DNA from: a virus
Virus record (IMG/VR): IMGVR_UViG_3300025423_000009
Span: 53,948 to 117,947 of that record
Direction: 5' to 3' (one strand)
Length of the DNA stretch: 64,000 bases
Shown: positions 1-8,322 of the stretch, one piece after another
How positions within the stretch are numbered: position 1 is the stretch's first letter
How the letters are laid out: each line of letters begins with the position of its first letter
Made by a program: the position numbers and the translations under genes
The notes under the pieces: generated by a model
Database searches by the model: none
What the model was told of the DNA's origin: nothing
What the model saw: only the letters and a program-made list of their open reading frames with translations

Positions 1-221
1 ATCTCGCCATGAACAATATACTTGTATTTGACTTCACGAACATTTAGACGATCTGGATTATCCTCAATTCCACTAGGAAAGCCATTGTAGCCAGTAGACA
101 AAATCTTTCGATCTCGAACAACAACCGCTCCAATACGAGTCGATGGATCTTTGGACCATGATGCGACTTGTCGAGCCATGTCCAAAAATCTTATGTCCCA
201 TTTGTCGACTTCAGTTTGCAT
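1..221 (-). CDS. cd: dCMP deaminase (runs off left edge)
   Basis: Manual translation MQTEVDKWDIRFLDMARQVASWSKDPSTRIGAVVVRDRKILSTGYNGFPSG...HGE; SKDP, GYNG and H[AG]E motifs of ComEB/dCMP deaminases. ATG overlaps the gp42 stop. Confidence 0.85.
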   Translation of the reverse strand, partial: MQTEVDKWDIRFLDMARQVASWSKDPSTRIGAVVVRDRKILSTGYNGFPSGIEDNPDRLNVREVKYKYIVHGE

Positions 222-957
222 AGGGGCGTACTTTAGGATAGAACTTACGATATTCTTCCTTACTTATCGAGTGCTGTCCAGTCAGATCGAAATGATCGAT
301 CAGATAGAACTGACTCGAATAGACATGTAAATTTCCAACGTTCCAGACGATGTGACCCAGATCGACGTTGGATTCCGTCAAACGATTGTAGTCATTCAGA
401 AGCTTCTTCAATACATGAAGCTGCCAGGCGTAGTCGTTACGATATCCAGCCCAGGCATCGTTGCTTCGCATCGAGACGATGGCATGCATGGAATTCTCAC
501 GAATGAAGTACTGAACCGTGTTCGTGCAGATGAAATCCGACATGCCGTCCTTACAGAAGTCTTCATGCATGGAAGGACGCGTGTAGATCATGATCGCACG
601 ACGTGAATTCTTATTGCAGATGAGTTCTCTCAGGCATCCGTCATATTGACTACCATTCTCCTTCGACCAGATGCACCATCCATAGTTCGAGTTGATCAAT
701 CCATTGGGCGTCGCGATCTTCTTCCAGATCTCTGGAACCTTGGCGGGAATGTCATTCACGTTTAGTGACTTTGACTCATACCATTGAAGCTCACGCTTCA
801 CGTAGTCGTCATTCACGGAGCCAAAGATCGTCGGCTCATCGGCCATGAATTGAACTCCGATGATCTCGACGGTCAGAGCTCCGGTCTTGTCGATCGTGAA
901 GTTCTCGTTCCTCAAAAGATCCGAGAACTCTTTGCGAATGTCATTGATGTTCCGCAT
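211..957 (-). CDS. 42: dCMP hydroxymethylase (T4 gp42 orthologue, thymidylate synthase fold)
   Basis: Colinear with T4 gp42 as recalled: INSNYGW, SRR.IMIYTRPSM, DFICTNTVQY (catalytic Cys), MRSND..GYRNDYAWQ (Asp at the cytosine-specificity position), WNVGNLHVY. Confidence 0.92.
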   Translation of the reverse strand: MRNINDIRKEFSDLLRNENFTIDKTGALTVEIIGVQFMADEPTIFGSVNDDYVKRELQWYESKSLNVNDIPAKVPEIWKKIATPNGLINSNYGWCIWSKENGSQYDGCLRELICNKNSRRAIMIYTRPSMHEDFCKDGMSDFICTNTVQYFIRENSMHAIVSMRSNDAWAGYRNDYAWQLHVLKKLLNDYNRLTESNVDLGHIVWNVGNLHVYSSQFYLIDHFDLTGQHSISKEEYRKFYPKVRPYAN

Positions 958-1322
958 TATCCCTTGACCTCCTTCTTGGGACGATTAAAAATGTCATGAT
1001 TTGCTTTTTGACCATCCATCTTGCCTCGACAGTATGAGACGATGAACGAGCAATAGTTAGCCATGTCCTTGGCCGAGTCCTCGATCGATTCGAAGTTGGG
1101 TTGATAGTTTGGATCGTTTAGCATGGCTGAAACCACGGATTCCAAACGAAGCTTCTTGGCATGGACGATGTCCATCAGAGTCAAGATGCCATTTGGATAG
1201 TAATCGGCTTGCTTGATTCGAGACACGGCATTTTGATAGTCCACGCCTTTACGAGTCTGCAATTCAATGCATTCTTGTAAGACGCGAATCGATTCACGAG
1301 ATGTTGATAGAATAGGTGACAT
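957..1322 (-). CDS. Nucleotide-modification-associated alpha-helical protein (DUF1599/Nmad1-like)
   Basis: LQECIELQTRKGVDYQ...ADYYP.G...ESIEDSAKDMANY pattern; adjacent to gp42. Start placed downstream of the promoter at 1336. Confidence 0.55.
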   Translation of the reverse strand: MSPILSTSRESIRVLQECIELQTRKGVDYQNAVSRIKQADYYPNGILTLMDIVHAKKLRLESVVSAMLNDPNYQPNFESIEDSAKDMANYCSFIVSYCRGKMDGQKANHDIFNRPKKEVKG

Positions 1323-1335
1323 AAAATGAAGAGAC

Positions 1336-1364
1336 ATCATACGGCATTGAGCCGCTGAAGTACA
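1336..1364 (-). promoter_or_regulatory. Sigma70-like early promoter
   Basis: TGTACT-17nt-TATGAT on minus; the same motif recurs at several other sites. Confidence 0.65.
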
Positions 1365-1401
1365 GTAAATTGTTTCTCAGAGATAGTCCGGCTTCAGATG
1401 T

Positions 1402-1698
1402 TCATTTGTAGTAGTTTGGGTTGGTGCAGCAGCCGCAGCAGCCGTGCGTCGAGTCTTTTTGGGCGCGTTGGCAGTCGGGGTCGGGGTGGCCGACTCCGCA
1501 GCGGCAGATTCGTTCGGTGATGCCTCGGTCGGTGCGGTAGTTCAGCGGCCAGTAGCGCATCGTGTGGTTGCTCGGGTTGTGGACGGGGCAGTGGTTACCA
1601 GCGCAGGCGTCTGGGTCGTGGGTGACGAATGCCGACCAGTATTCCCGTTCGTGCGGCAATAGTTCGCCTGATCGTCCAAGCTTTTCTTTATTTGTCAT
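1402..1698 (-). CDS. Hypothetical Cys/His-rich protein
   Basis: CxxxxCxxH, RICRCGVGHPDPD and C-terminal HGCCGCC; probably metal-binding. Confidence 0.6.
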   Translation of the reverse strand: MTNKEKLGRSGELLPHEREYWSAFVTHDPDACAGNHCPVHNPSNHTMRYWPLNYRTDRGITERICRCGVGHPDPDCQRAQKDSTHGCCGCCTNPNYYK

Positions 1699-1790
1699 GG
1701 GCGTTTTTGATGGTCGATGAAGTCCTTGATCAGGTATACGATCACGACTAAGTCGATGATGATTCCATTGATCGTGTAGATGTGTTGCAT
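1695..1790 (-). CDS. Small membrane peptide (31 aa)
   Basis: MQHIYTINGIIIDLVVIVYLIKDFIDHQKRP; stop overlaps the next ATG. Confidence 0.45.
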   Translation of the reverse strand: MQHIYTINGIIIDLVVIVYLIKDFIDHQKRP

Positions 1791-1808
1791 TGTATGTTGC
1801 ATTGTAAA

Positions 1809-1883
1809 TGGCGACCCTACCGGGAATCGAACCCGGGCTACCTCCGTGAAAGGGAGGTGTCCTAACCGCTAGACCATAGGGTC
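1809..1883 (-). tRNA. tRNA-Glu(UUC)
   Basis: Cloverleaf; anticodon arm CCTCC-CT-TTC-AC-GGAGG, GGTTCGATT T-loop, encoded CCA. Confidence 0.95.
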
Positions 1884-1889
1884 GATGGA

Positions 1890-2537
1890 TTAGTTATAGT
1901 TCTGAGTCTCGTCGTCTCGACACTCACGACAACGCAGAGCGATCCAGTGATTGGACCTCGACTTCACATCATGATTTGATCCACAGGCCTCGCATGTTCG
2001 TGCGGACCAGGACTCGGCCATGGAGATCAAGCCATCCACATATTCGTCCGAGACATTCTTGTAGATACGCAGAGTTCCGAACTTCTCCTTGACCTGTTCA
2101 AAGGTAACTTGAGGATGAACCTTTCGACCAGAGAGCTCTTGGTAAAATATCCATCTGGCGTCCCATCTGTCTTGAAAAGCCACCAGTTTCTTCCATTGAC
2201 CGTCATATCGAGCATATTCAGGAGAACCATCTACCGGAAAGCTTTGTGGAACTCCGGCCTTCGTGATGAAGTGCCGATAAGCCCAACGTTCGATGAATCG
2301 ATTGTAGAAGCGATGCCACTCACGAAATACCCAGTAAGTGATCGGACTATACTTAGGAACATATTCATCACGATCACAGTGATGTTGAATTTGTGCACAG
2401 AGTGTGTCGAGGATGTCATACCATCCGTCGTCACATTCGATTCCCCAGCACATACACGTCTCCGTCATTGGCTTCGACGCGGAGGCAAAGATCTTTGGAT
2501 ACTTGTCGTAAAGGGATTTTTGTTTTTTAGGTGTCAT
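1890..2537 (-). CDS. Conserved phage hypothetical protein with C-terminal Zn ribbon
   Basis: WGIECDDGWY, QVKEKFGTLRIY and CEACG...CREC motifs, typical of a widespread phage family. Confidence 0.7.
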   Translation of the reverse strand: MTPKKQKSLYDKYPKIFASASKPMTETCMCWGIECDDGWYDILDTLCAQIQHHCDRDEYVPKYSPITYWVFREWHRFYNRFIERWAYRHFITKAGVPQSFPVDGSPEYARYDGQWKKLVAFQDRWDARWIFYQELSGRKVHPQVTFEQVKEKFGTLRIYKNVSDEYVDGLISMAESWSARTCEACGSNHDVKSRSNHWIALRCRECRDDETQNYN

Positions 2538-2551
2538 AATAAAAAAATCGA

Positions 2552-2630
2552 GCCGAATCGGAGTAAGCCGTTGTCGAGTGACTAGTATCTTACCGGACGG
2601 GGCATGGAGCCCCTTGTCCTCCGATTCGGC
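2552..2630 (-). ncRNA. Candidate structured RNA (three-way junction)
   Basis: 12-bp closing stem GCCGAATCGGAG/CTCCGATTCGGC enclosing two hairpins; followed by a U-tract. Confidence 0.5.
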
Positions 2631-2634
2631 AAAT

Positions 2635-2709
2635 TGGGAGCAGGGGACGGAATCGAACCGCCGACCTGGTGGTTATGAGCCACCCGATCTACCACTGATC
2701 TACCCTGCA
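2635..2709 (-). tRNA. tRNA with CAU anticodon (Met, possibly initiator-like)
   Basis: GGTGG-CT-CAT-AA-CCACC anticodon arm, GGTTCGATT T-loop, CCA; U1:U72 mismatch and A11-U24 pair. Confidence 0.9.
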
Positions 2710-2799
2710 GTTAAAATTTATTCTGAGATAATTCTATCATGAAAGGCCGCATCTCAGTCATTCGGCCACTTACTCACTTCCGCTACCGCTCTAAACATA

Positions 2800-2876
2800 T
2801 GGCGCGAGTGACGGGGCTCGAACCCGTAACCTCTGCCGTGACAGGGCAGCGCTCTAACCAATTGAGCTACACCCGC
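2800..2876 (-). tRNA. tRNA-Asp(GUC)
   Basis: Canonical cloverleaf, CTGCC-CT-GTC-AC-GGCAG, encoded CCA. Confidence 0.95.
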
Positions 2877-2885
2877 TAAATTAAA

Positions 2886-3007
2886 TATCCCGCTGCAAGT
2901 GTCCACCGGAATTTTCAGCAGTATTTGCCCACTTGCACTTCGTTCGAGCTTTCCTCAGCGTATCGCCTAGTATATTCCCGAATCTCGTCCGGCAAAGGAA
3001 CGGGATA
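2886..3007 (-). ncRNA. Candidate ~120-nt structured RNA
   Basis: Closing stem TATCCCGTT/AGCGGGATA and internal GCAAGTG/CACTTGC helix, between tRNA-type genes. Confidence 0.4.
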
Positions 3008-3010
3008 AAT

Positions 3011-3081
3011 TGGAGCGTCGCGGGCGGTTTCCCTGATCGATCAGAGAGGACGTCCTGTCCAATCGACTTGACCCGCAACGC
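3011..3081 (-). ncRNA. tRNA-like RNA ending in CCA
   Basis: 7-bp acceptor GCGTTGC/GCGACGC plus U-CCA and a D-arm-like GTC/GAC; no TTCG T-loop. Confidence 0.55.
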
Positions 3082-3089
3082 ATTAAGAT

Positions 3090-3260
3090 TTAGGCCGGAC
3101 GAGGACGATGGCCACAGATGTATGACTGCTCGAGCAAACTCGGACCCGGCTTGCCATATCGACTTGCCGACGCGGCCACCTTGGGCTTCTTGGACTTTCG
3201 CTTGGCACCGATGTCGACTTCGAGGATCGCAGGTTTATTACGTTTGGAGTTGTTGTTCAT
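3090..3260 (-). CDS. Small basic hypothetical protein (56 aa)
   Basis: Manual translation MNNNSKRNKPAILEVDIGAKRKSKKPK...; start overlaps the upstream stop. Confidence 0.55.
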   Translation of the reverse strand: MNNNSKRNKPAILEVDIGAKRKSKKPKVAASASRYGKPGPSLLEQSYICGHRPRPA

Positions 3261-3412
3261 GTATGTTGTGATTTATCTATGACGATGGATTCAGACATGC
3301 ATCGATCACAGTAGCAGTTGCCGTACTCATCTACACGCATCTGAAAGACGTCGTGTAGGTCGTGACAGCACTGGCACTCGATCAGTCCGTATGTCTGATC
3401 ATCTTCGTCCAT
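3257..3412 (-). CDS. Small Cys-rich (Zn-finger-like) protein (51 aa)
   Basis: MDEDDQTYGLIECQCCHD...GNCYCDRC; directly downstream of the promoter at 3422. Confidence 0.5.
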   Translation of the reverse strand: MDEDDQTYGLIECQCCHDLHDVFQMRVDEYGNCYCDRCMSESIVIDKSQHT

Positions 3413-3421
3413 TGCCAGATC

Positions 3422-3450
3422 ATATTACCATGAAAGGTTCAGAAGTACAC
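3422..3450 (-). promoter_or_regulatory. Sigma70-like early promoter
   Basis: GTGTACT-16nt (ending TGG)-TAATAT. Confidence 0.6.
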
Positions 3451-3457
3451 GGCGAAA

Positions 3458-4450
3458 TTACGACAGAATTCGATCGACTCGAATCATCACTTGCTTGACG
3501 GCCATCCACATGTCGAGGTAAGTATAGGTTGCCAATCGTCCCAGGAAGATTGTCTTCCTCTCCGCATCAGCCAGCTTCTTGTATTCCATATAGACCTTCA
3601 GGCCTTCTCCGAATGGGATTGGATAGAACGGAACGTCTTCATTTCCGCAAGTCTGAGGATACTCCTCGGTGATGACAGTCAATCCTTCATGATTTGCAGT
3701 GAAGTAACCGTGATCGTACTTTCGAGTGTAGTCGTTCGTTCTATTGTTCTCGTTCTGAATGCAAAACGGCATGCGCTCACTCGTTACTTTATGAACGAAT
3801 CTGAGAGAACGATAAGGAAGGACACCGAATCGAAAGTTGAAGTACTCGTCGACCTTTCCAGTGTAGACGATCAGGTCTGTCGAGTGCTTCTTCCATTCGT
3901 CTGAGGCGCATCCGAGCTCTACAGGAATGCCTTCGAGCATGGCTTCGAACATTTTCGTGTATCCGTTTCGGGGAATGCACTGATACTTCTGGCCTTCGAA
4001 CCAGGTGGGATCGTCACAATCCTTGGTCTTCGGGATGCGATTCGTGATGCTTGCTGGGATTTGATCGAACGGAACTCCCCATTGCTTTTCGGAGTACTCG
4101 CGAAACATATACTCAATGATCTCTTCCTGAGACAGCTCGCGACCAATCTCGGCGACGGTCTTTCGAGAATATGGAAGCGATACTAGCCCAAGGCGAGTGT
4201 TTCCCTTCGGCTGAAGCTTAAATGGAGTCCACTCTGTGAAACGGGATAGGAATTCAAACACTCGCTCATCGTCCGTGTGAAAGACGTGAGGGCCATAGTT
4301 GTGAACCGTCACTCCACATACATTGGAATCATAGCAGTTACCGCCGATGTGCTTGCGCGAGTCGAAAATGCGGCACTCATGTCCAGCATCGGTCAGGAGT
4401 CGTGCGGCCGTGATACCAGAGAGGCCGCATCCGACGACGTTAACTTTCAT
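3458..4450 (-). CDS. glf: UDP-galactopyranose mutase
   Basis: VVGCGLSG FAD motif, GGNCYD, YGPHVFHT, YRSLRF, YPIP, FLGRLATYTYLDM. Confidence 0.92.
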   Translation of the reverse strand: MKVNVVGCGLSGITAARLLTDAGHECRIFDSRKHIGGNCYDSNVCGVTVHNYGPHVFHTDDERVFEFLSRFTEWTPFKLQPKGNTRLGLVSLPYSRKTVAEIGRELSQEEIIEYMFREYSEKQWGVPFDQIPASITNRIPKTKDCDDPTWFEGQKYQCIPRNGYTKMFEAMLEGIPVELGCASDEWKKHSTDLIVYTGKVDEYFNFRFGVLPYRSLRFVHKVTSERMPFCIQNENNRTNDYTRKYDHGYFTANHEGLTVITEEYPQTCGNEDVPFYPIPFGEGLKVYMEYKKLADAERKTIFLGRLATYTYLDMWMAVKQVMIRVDRILS

Positions 4451-5100
4451 AGCTTTTCAAATTCAGGCAGACGTATGGTCTTCGACAGGATGTCGAGGAG
4501 ATGGTTTCGTTTCTCAAATGTAGCCCGCCAATCTTTGAAGTTCTGCTGAGGAGAAAATTGCTTTTTCACTTGCACGAACGTCATTCCCCATGATTCCGGA
4601 TAATGTTTCGACTCGACAAATTCAGTCTTTTGATCCAGACTCGAGATGCCGAAGAACGCTTTGACCGCTTCTTCTGGCCTTTCCCAGACTATGCCTCCGT
4701 ACATATCGTGCTTGTCTTTCGGCCATGCGGTGTCATGGAATACGACATAGCCACCTTCCCTGATGTGAGGGAACCAGAAGAATAGCTCACAAAGAACCTG
4801 CTCTTTGATGTGGCACGTGTCAATGAAGAGCAGGTCGATGGATCCTTTGTTCCAGTGTTTGCCGATCGTAACTGAGTCTCCGAGTATGAATGCATATCGT
4901 TCATGATTCGTCAGATAAGATGGAACCTGAGCAGAGTCAATGTCGACTCCGTGCACTCTATTATTTCGAGCAGAAGCATCGCGAATCATCATCATCGACG
5001 ACTCTCCGCTTCTAACGCCTAGATCCACAAACATTCTGTCGGATCCAAGCGAATCGACGGTTTGTGCTAGAATCTCTTGATTTGGTCCTAGATCGTTCAT
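4447..5100 (-). CDS. Class I SAM-dependent methyltransferase (Methyltransf_24/CmcI-like)
   Basis: VDLGVRSGES, IDLLFIDTCH, GGYVVFHDT. Confidence 0.85.
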   Translation of the reverse strand: MNDLGPNQEILAQTVDSLGSDRMFVDLGVRSGESSMMMIRDASARNNRVHGVDIDSAQVPSYLTNHERYAFILGDSVTIGKHWNKGSIDLLFIDTCHIKEQVLCELFFWFPHIREGGYVVFHDTAWPKDKHDMYGGIVWERPEEAVKAFFGISSLDQKTEFVESKHYPESWGMTFVQVKKQFSPQQNFKDWRATFEKRNHLLDILSKTIRLPEFEKL

Positions 5101-5981
5101 AATAAGTATTCCTTGATTTGCATGTCCAAGTCAGAACATTGATGTTTAAGAATGTTTTTACTATTAGCAAATTCGTCTATAATCGTCTCATATGAAGTCA
5201 GACATCGTCGAATCACTTCACCTATCATTCGGTGATCGCCGAGTTTATACATGTCTGGAACCGTTACGTCTTCACTAAAAGCCGCTGAACCTTTACGATT
5301 TGTGATAACACAGTTACCGAAAAGCAAAGCTTCACGAGGGATTCGATCCTTTCCAGGATGATTCCCAAAGTCTATATAAATCTTGCTCTTGCACAGGAGA
5401 TCGATGACCTGTTCTCGATTCAGTCCTGAGATCGGTCTGAAGTCGATGTTCGGATTCTCCGTCATGATCTGCATCGTCACTTCGTACCCCTTGGCCGGAT
5501 TATAGCATACGAAGTCTTGCTTCTCTGATAGAGGAATGTCTTGAATCGTATTGGCACCAAAGATGTAATCGTTCAGCATGTGAACATTCTTAGCTCCATT
5601 GCGAGTGACGTAGTCGTAAGCGTACCGCGACTGACAGAAGTGAGTAATTGAGGTGTCGTGAAAGTCCTGAAACTTAGAATGATTGTTGTCAACGCTTAGC
5701 CACCAGATAGCCCGTGATATCGATTTGAATGAAGGAAGCATCGCGGTCCACACTTCAGGAACGATTAGTAGACTTTCAGCTTCGTCTGGAACAGAGAATC
5801 CATACTCTGAAAACTTGTAGTGAGCATAGATGTTTAGGACCGGATTCGAGCAATGACGATCAAAGATCGGTATAGCTTTACCTCCAAGTCGATTGATGCC
5901 GTCGATCAACTGATACAATGATTCGATCCCTCCGGCCTGATACTGAGCCGGAGTCATCACATAAATTGCTTTGAATCTCAT
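5097..5981 (-). CDS. Putative GT-B glycosyltransferase
   Basis: GGIESLYQL, IVPE, WWLSVDN, YNPAKG, DFGNHPGKDRIPREA pattern seen in polysaccharide-locus proteins. Confidence 0.6.
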   Translation of the reverse strand: MRFKAIYVMTPAQYQAGGIESLYQLIDGINRLGGKAIPIFDRHCSNPVLNIYAHYKFSEYGFSVPDEAESLLIVPEVWTAMLPSFKSISRAIWWLSVDNNHSKFQDFHDTSITHFCQSRYAYDYVTRNGAKNVHMLNDYIFGANTIQDIPLSEKQDFVCYNPAKGYEVTMQIMTENPNIDFRPISGLNREQVIDLLCKSKIYIDFGNHPGKDRIPREALLFGNCVITNRKGSAAFSEDVTVPDMYKLGDHRMIGEVIRRCLTSYETIIDEFANSKNILKHQCSDLDMQIKEYLL

Positions 5982-6679
5982 GTGCGCACGTACTTTCTTC
6001 TTACATATTCAAGTTCAGATTGCTTCTTCGCATCGCTAACCAAAGACGAGCTTATCTGATTCGAATGCTCGCGATTTGCCACCGTGATCTGATTGCAGAT
6101 CGCTGGAAGCCCATGCTTATCATACAGCTGCTTATAGTAGTCGACATCCATCAGCCATATCAAATTCTCATCGAATCGCAGGACGTTTTCATTCTTGAAC
6201 ATAATGACACTCGGCGAGCTGATAGTATTTGTGCCATATTGAATCTCATCATGATAGAATGGAAAGTTCGGTCGTTCCAGCCTGACACCGTCCGGAGACT
6301 GGCATGAAGCCGTTGCCAACCAGTAGTTTTGACTTCCCGCGAAATAGAACATCATTGCTTCAAGACTTCGATCGGAAGTTAGGAAGTCATCTTGAAAGAG
6401 TGGCTTTATCACCTTTCCACATGCGTGATGAATCGCATTGTTGGTATTGTGAGAAGAGTTACCTCGATTCATCGCTTTAACATATCGAATGAGTAAACGA
6501 TCATTCCATCGTTCGCATAGTCGATTGATCCCATCGTCGATGCTCTGATCGGACACGATCACTTCGAAAGACTTGAATGTCTGACGAGTTAGTATTGAAA
6601 ATGAATGTTCAAGGTAAGCGACGCCTTGACCGGCCATTTCATAAGTTGGAATGCATATCGATACGATCGGATCGTTCAT
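5978..6679 (-). CDS. GT2 family glycosyltransferase
   Basis: VSICIPTYE, FEVIVSDQS, LFQDD, DVDY. Confidence 0.88.
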   Translation of the reverse strand: MNDPIVSICIPTYEMAGQGVAYLEHSFSILTRQTFKSFEVIVSDQSIDDGINRLCERWNDRLLIRYVKAMNRGNSSHNTNNAIHHACGKVIKPLFQDDFLTSDRSLEAMMFYFAGSQNYWLATASCQSPDGVRLERPNFPFYHDEIQYGTNTISSPSVIMFKNENVLRFDENLIWLMDVDYYKQLYDKHGLPAICNQITVANREHSNQISSSLVSDAKKQSELEYVRRKYVRT

Positions 6680-7506
6680 AGCTTGGGTAGATTTAGATTC
6701 TCAAGTATTTCACTCAGACGATAGAAATAGTCACCCCAGTAGAGAGCCCTCCGGCAGTTATCTTCGATTGCCTGACTCCTCTTATGATAGTCTTCTTCCG
6801 TTAGACCATTGACGATTTGAATGAGTTCGTTCTCGTCATTGAACGTGATGTACCCATCTGGATTGAAGAAGTCTGATAGATTTGGACATCCCCAGTATAT
6901 GGGAACGGTCTTGGTCAGGAAGCTGTCAATCACTTTCTCCGTAAAGTAGTTCTTATTCCTCGAGTTTTCGACCGCGATATGGAACATGCTTTTCCAGCAT
7001 ACTACTTTGTCTTGAGGTTCGCATTGAAAGATCCAGCTGTTTGGAGTTGTCACTGAAGATCGAGAGTTGAAGATGCTGTGTCTAAGCCGATGACCCTCGA
7101 TGGCATTCTTGACACCGCAAAGAAATGAAGTTTCAAACTTCTTTTCTTTGATGCTGATATTCTGATATGTCCGCTTGTTGTCCCAGATGAAAGACGTACC
7201 AAAGGGAAACATCATGGAGTTTGGACACTTTGACAGTATTGAATCTCCCCAAGTCAAAATCAAATTAAAAGCTCGATGATTTGTGATCGCCCAGTCGTGT
7301 AGACCAAACAATTGATTCGGTTCCTGTATGACGAGTATGTTACATGCGCTAAGTTTCAGCTGATCTGTATTCGGAATAAAGTCGGTGAATACGGTAACGT
7401 TCCTATCGGAGAAGTCGACTTTTTTGCTCGGAAGAATGAAGTCTTCTCCAGTCAGAAGAGTCTTCTCATAAAGAGAAGGTGGTATGAAGGTCGAGAAGAA
7501 TTTCAT
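6676..7506 (-). CDS. GT10-like (alpha-1,3/4-fucosyltransferase-like) glycosyltransferase
   Basis: FHIAVEN...NYFTEK.IDSF...VPIYWGCPN. Start reassigned to MKFFSTF, which overlaps the upstream stop. Confidence 0.8.
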   Translation of the reverse strand: MKFFSTFIPPSLYEKTLLTGEDFILPSKKVDFSDRNVTVFTDFIPNTDQLKLSACNILVIQEPNQLFGLHDWAITNHRAFNLILTWGDSILSKCPNSMMFPFGTSFIWDNKRTYQNISIKEKKFETSFLCGVKNAIEGHRLRHSIFNSRSSVTTPNSWIFQCEPQDKVVCWKSMFHIAVENSRNKNYFTEKVIDSFLTKTVPIYWGCPNLSDFFNPDGYITFNDENELIQIVNGLTEEDYHKRSQAIEDNCRRALYWGDYFYRLSEILENLNLPKL

Positions 7507-8318
7507 ATAATGATCCAGTTTTTCTGATACAGGTCGCTGATATTTGCCTCCGCCAGGTGCTGACGAAACCACACAGACGGAGCTATAACTTTCTTATTTG
7601 GATTAGAGTTTAGCCAACTTCCCCACCATGAGAACGTTGAGTTTGCGATGATATTGTGCTGGCACAGGGACATCAGGCATAGCTCGACGAACTGATTGTT
7701 AGCCGTGCAAAGACGGACCGAATCGCTCGGACGAATCTTTTGCCCCAGGAATGCCGGATCGTCCGTGATGTAGATGAAGTCATATGGCTTATCCAAAAAG
7801 TTCTCTTCAATGGCCCTACGGTAATATGTTTCATCGCATAAGCCATGCCATGTATTTTGCACATAGTCACCTCGCCGAACATGAATCGATACCGTCTCAT
7901 GATCAGGACGAAGATATTTCTTGGCTTCTTCGATGATCTCGGGTTTGAAAGTGAATTCACGTCGTACCCGATCTTCAATGTGTTCAAAGTATCGATGAGT
8001 TTGAAAGTATCCACGTAGACATACATTATCACCTGTATGAAAGAATTTCTCTTGAAAATGAAATTCATTTGGACTATTCTCAATGGCAAACTTATACTCG
8101 CCAGGAACACAATCCTTACACGACAGATTAAATGCCTTATCAACCGTCATGGCGTGAAAGGTATTATCAATCGGAAATTCTTTCCACGTAAGAGAATTTC
8201 CATATCGTCGATCGATTCCCCAATCGAGATTCTGTTTAGTCGCGATGCCCATCAGAGCCGCATATTGAAACATTTGATTGCCCAACCTCCCATTAGGTCC
8301 TATGAGTGCCGTAATCAT
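7503..8318 (-). CDS. GT11 alpha-1,2-fucosyltransferase-like protein
   Basis: GRLGNQMFQYA, GYFQ, SIHVRRGDY, IIANSTFSWWGSWLN. Start reassigned to MITALIG. Confidence 0.9.
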   Translation of the reverse strand: MITALIGPNGRLGNQMFQYAALMGIATKQNLDWGIDRRYGNSLTWKEFPIDNTFHAMTVDKAFNLSCKDCVPGEYKFAIENSPNEFHFQEKFFHTGDNVCLRGYFQTHRYFEHIEDRVRREFTFKPEIIEEAKKYLRPDHETVSIHVRRGDYVQNTWHGLCDETYYRRAIEENFLDKPYDFIYITDDPAFLGQKIRPSDSVRLCTANNQFVELCLMSLCQHNIIANSTFSWWGSWLNSNPNKKVIAPSVWFRQHLAEANISDLYQKNWIII

Positions 8319-8322
8319 AATA

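Noticed and set aside
211-957. Ordinary thymidylate synthase
   Set aside because: It has Asp rather than Asn at the specificity position and is colinear with T4 gp42.
2722-2768. Possible H-type pseudoknot (GGCCG/CGGCC with CTGAGAT/ATCTCAG) between tRNAs
   Set aside because: Short helices could be chance, and it overlaps an extended -10-like TGATAGAAT; no match to a riboswitch I can recognise.
2886-3007. RNase P RNA or hammerhead ribozyme (GAGGAAAG / CTGAGGA)
   Set aside because: Too short for RNase P, no CR-V partner strand; hammerhead stem II and GAAA not formed.
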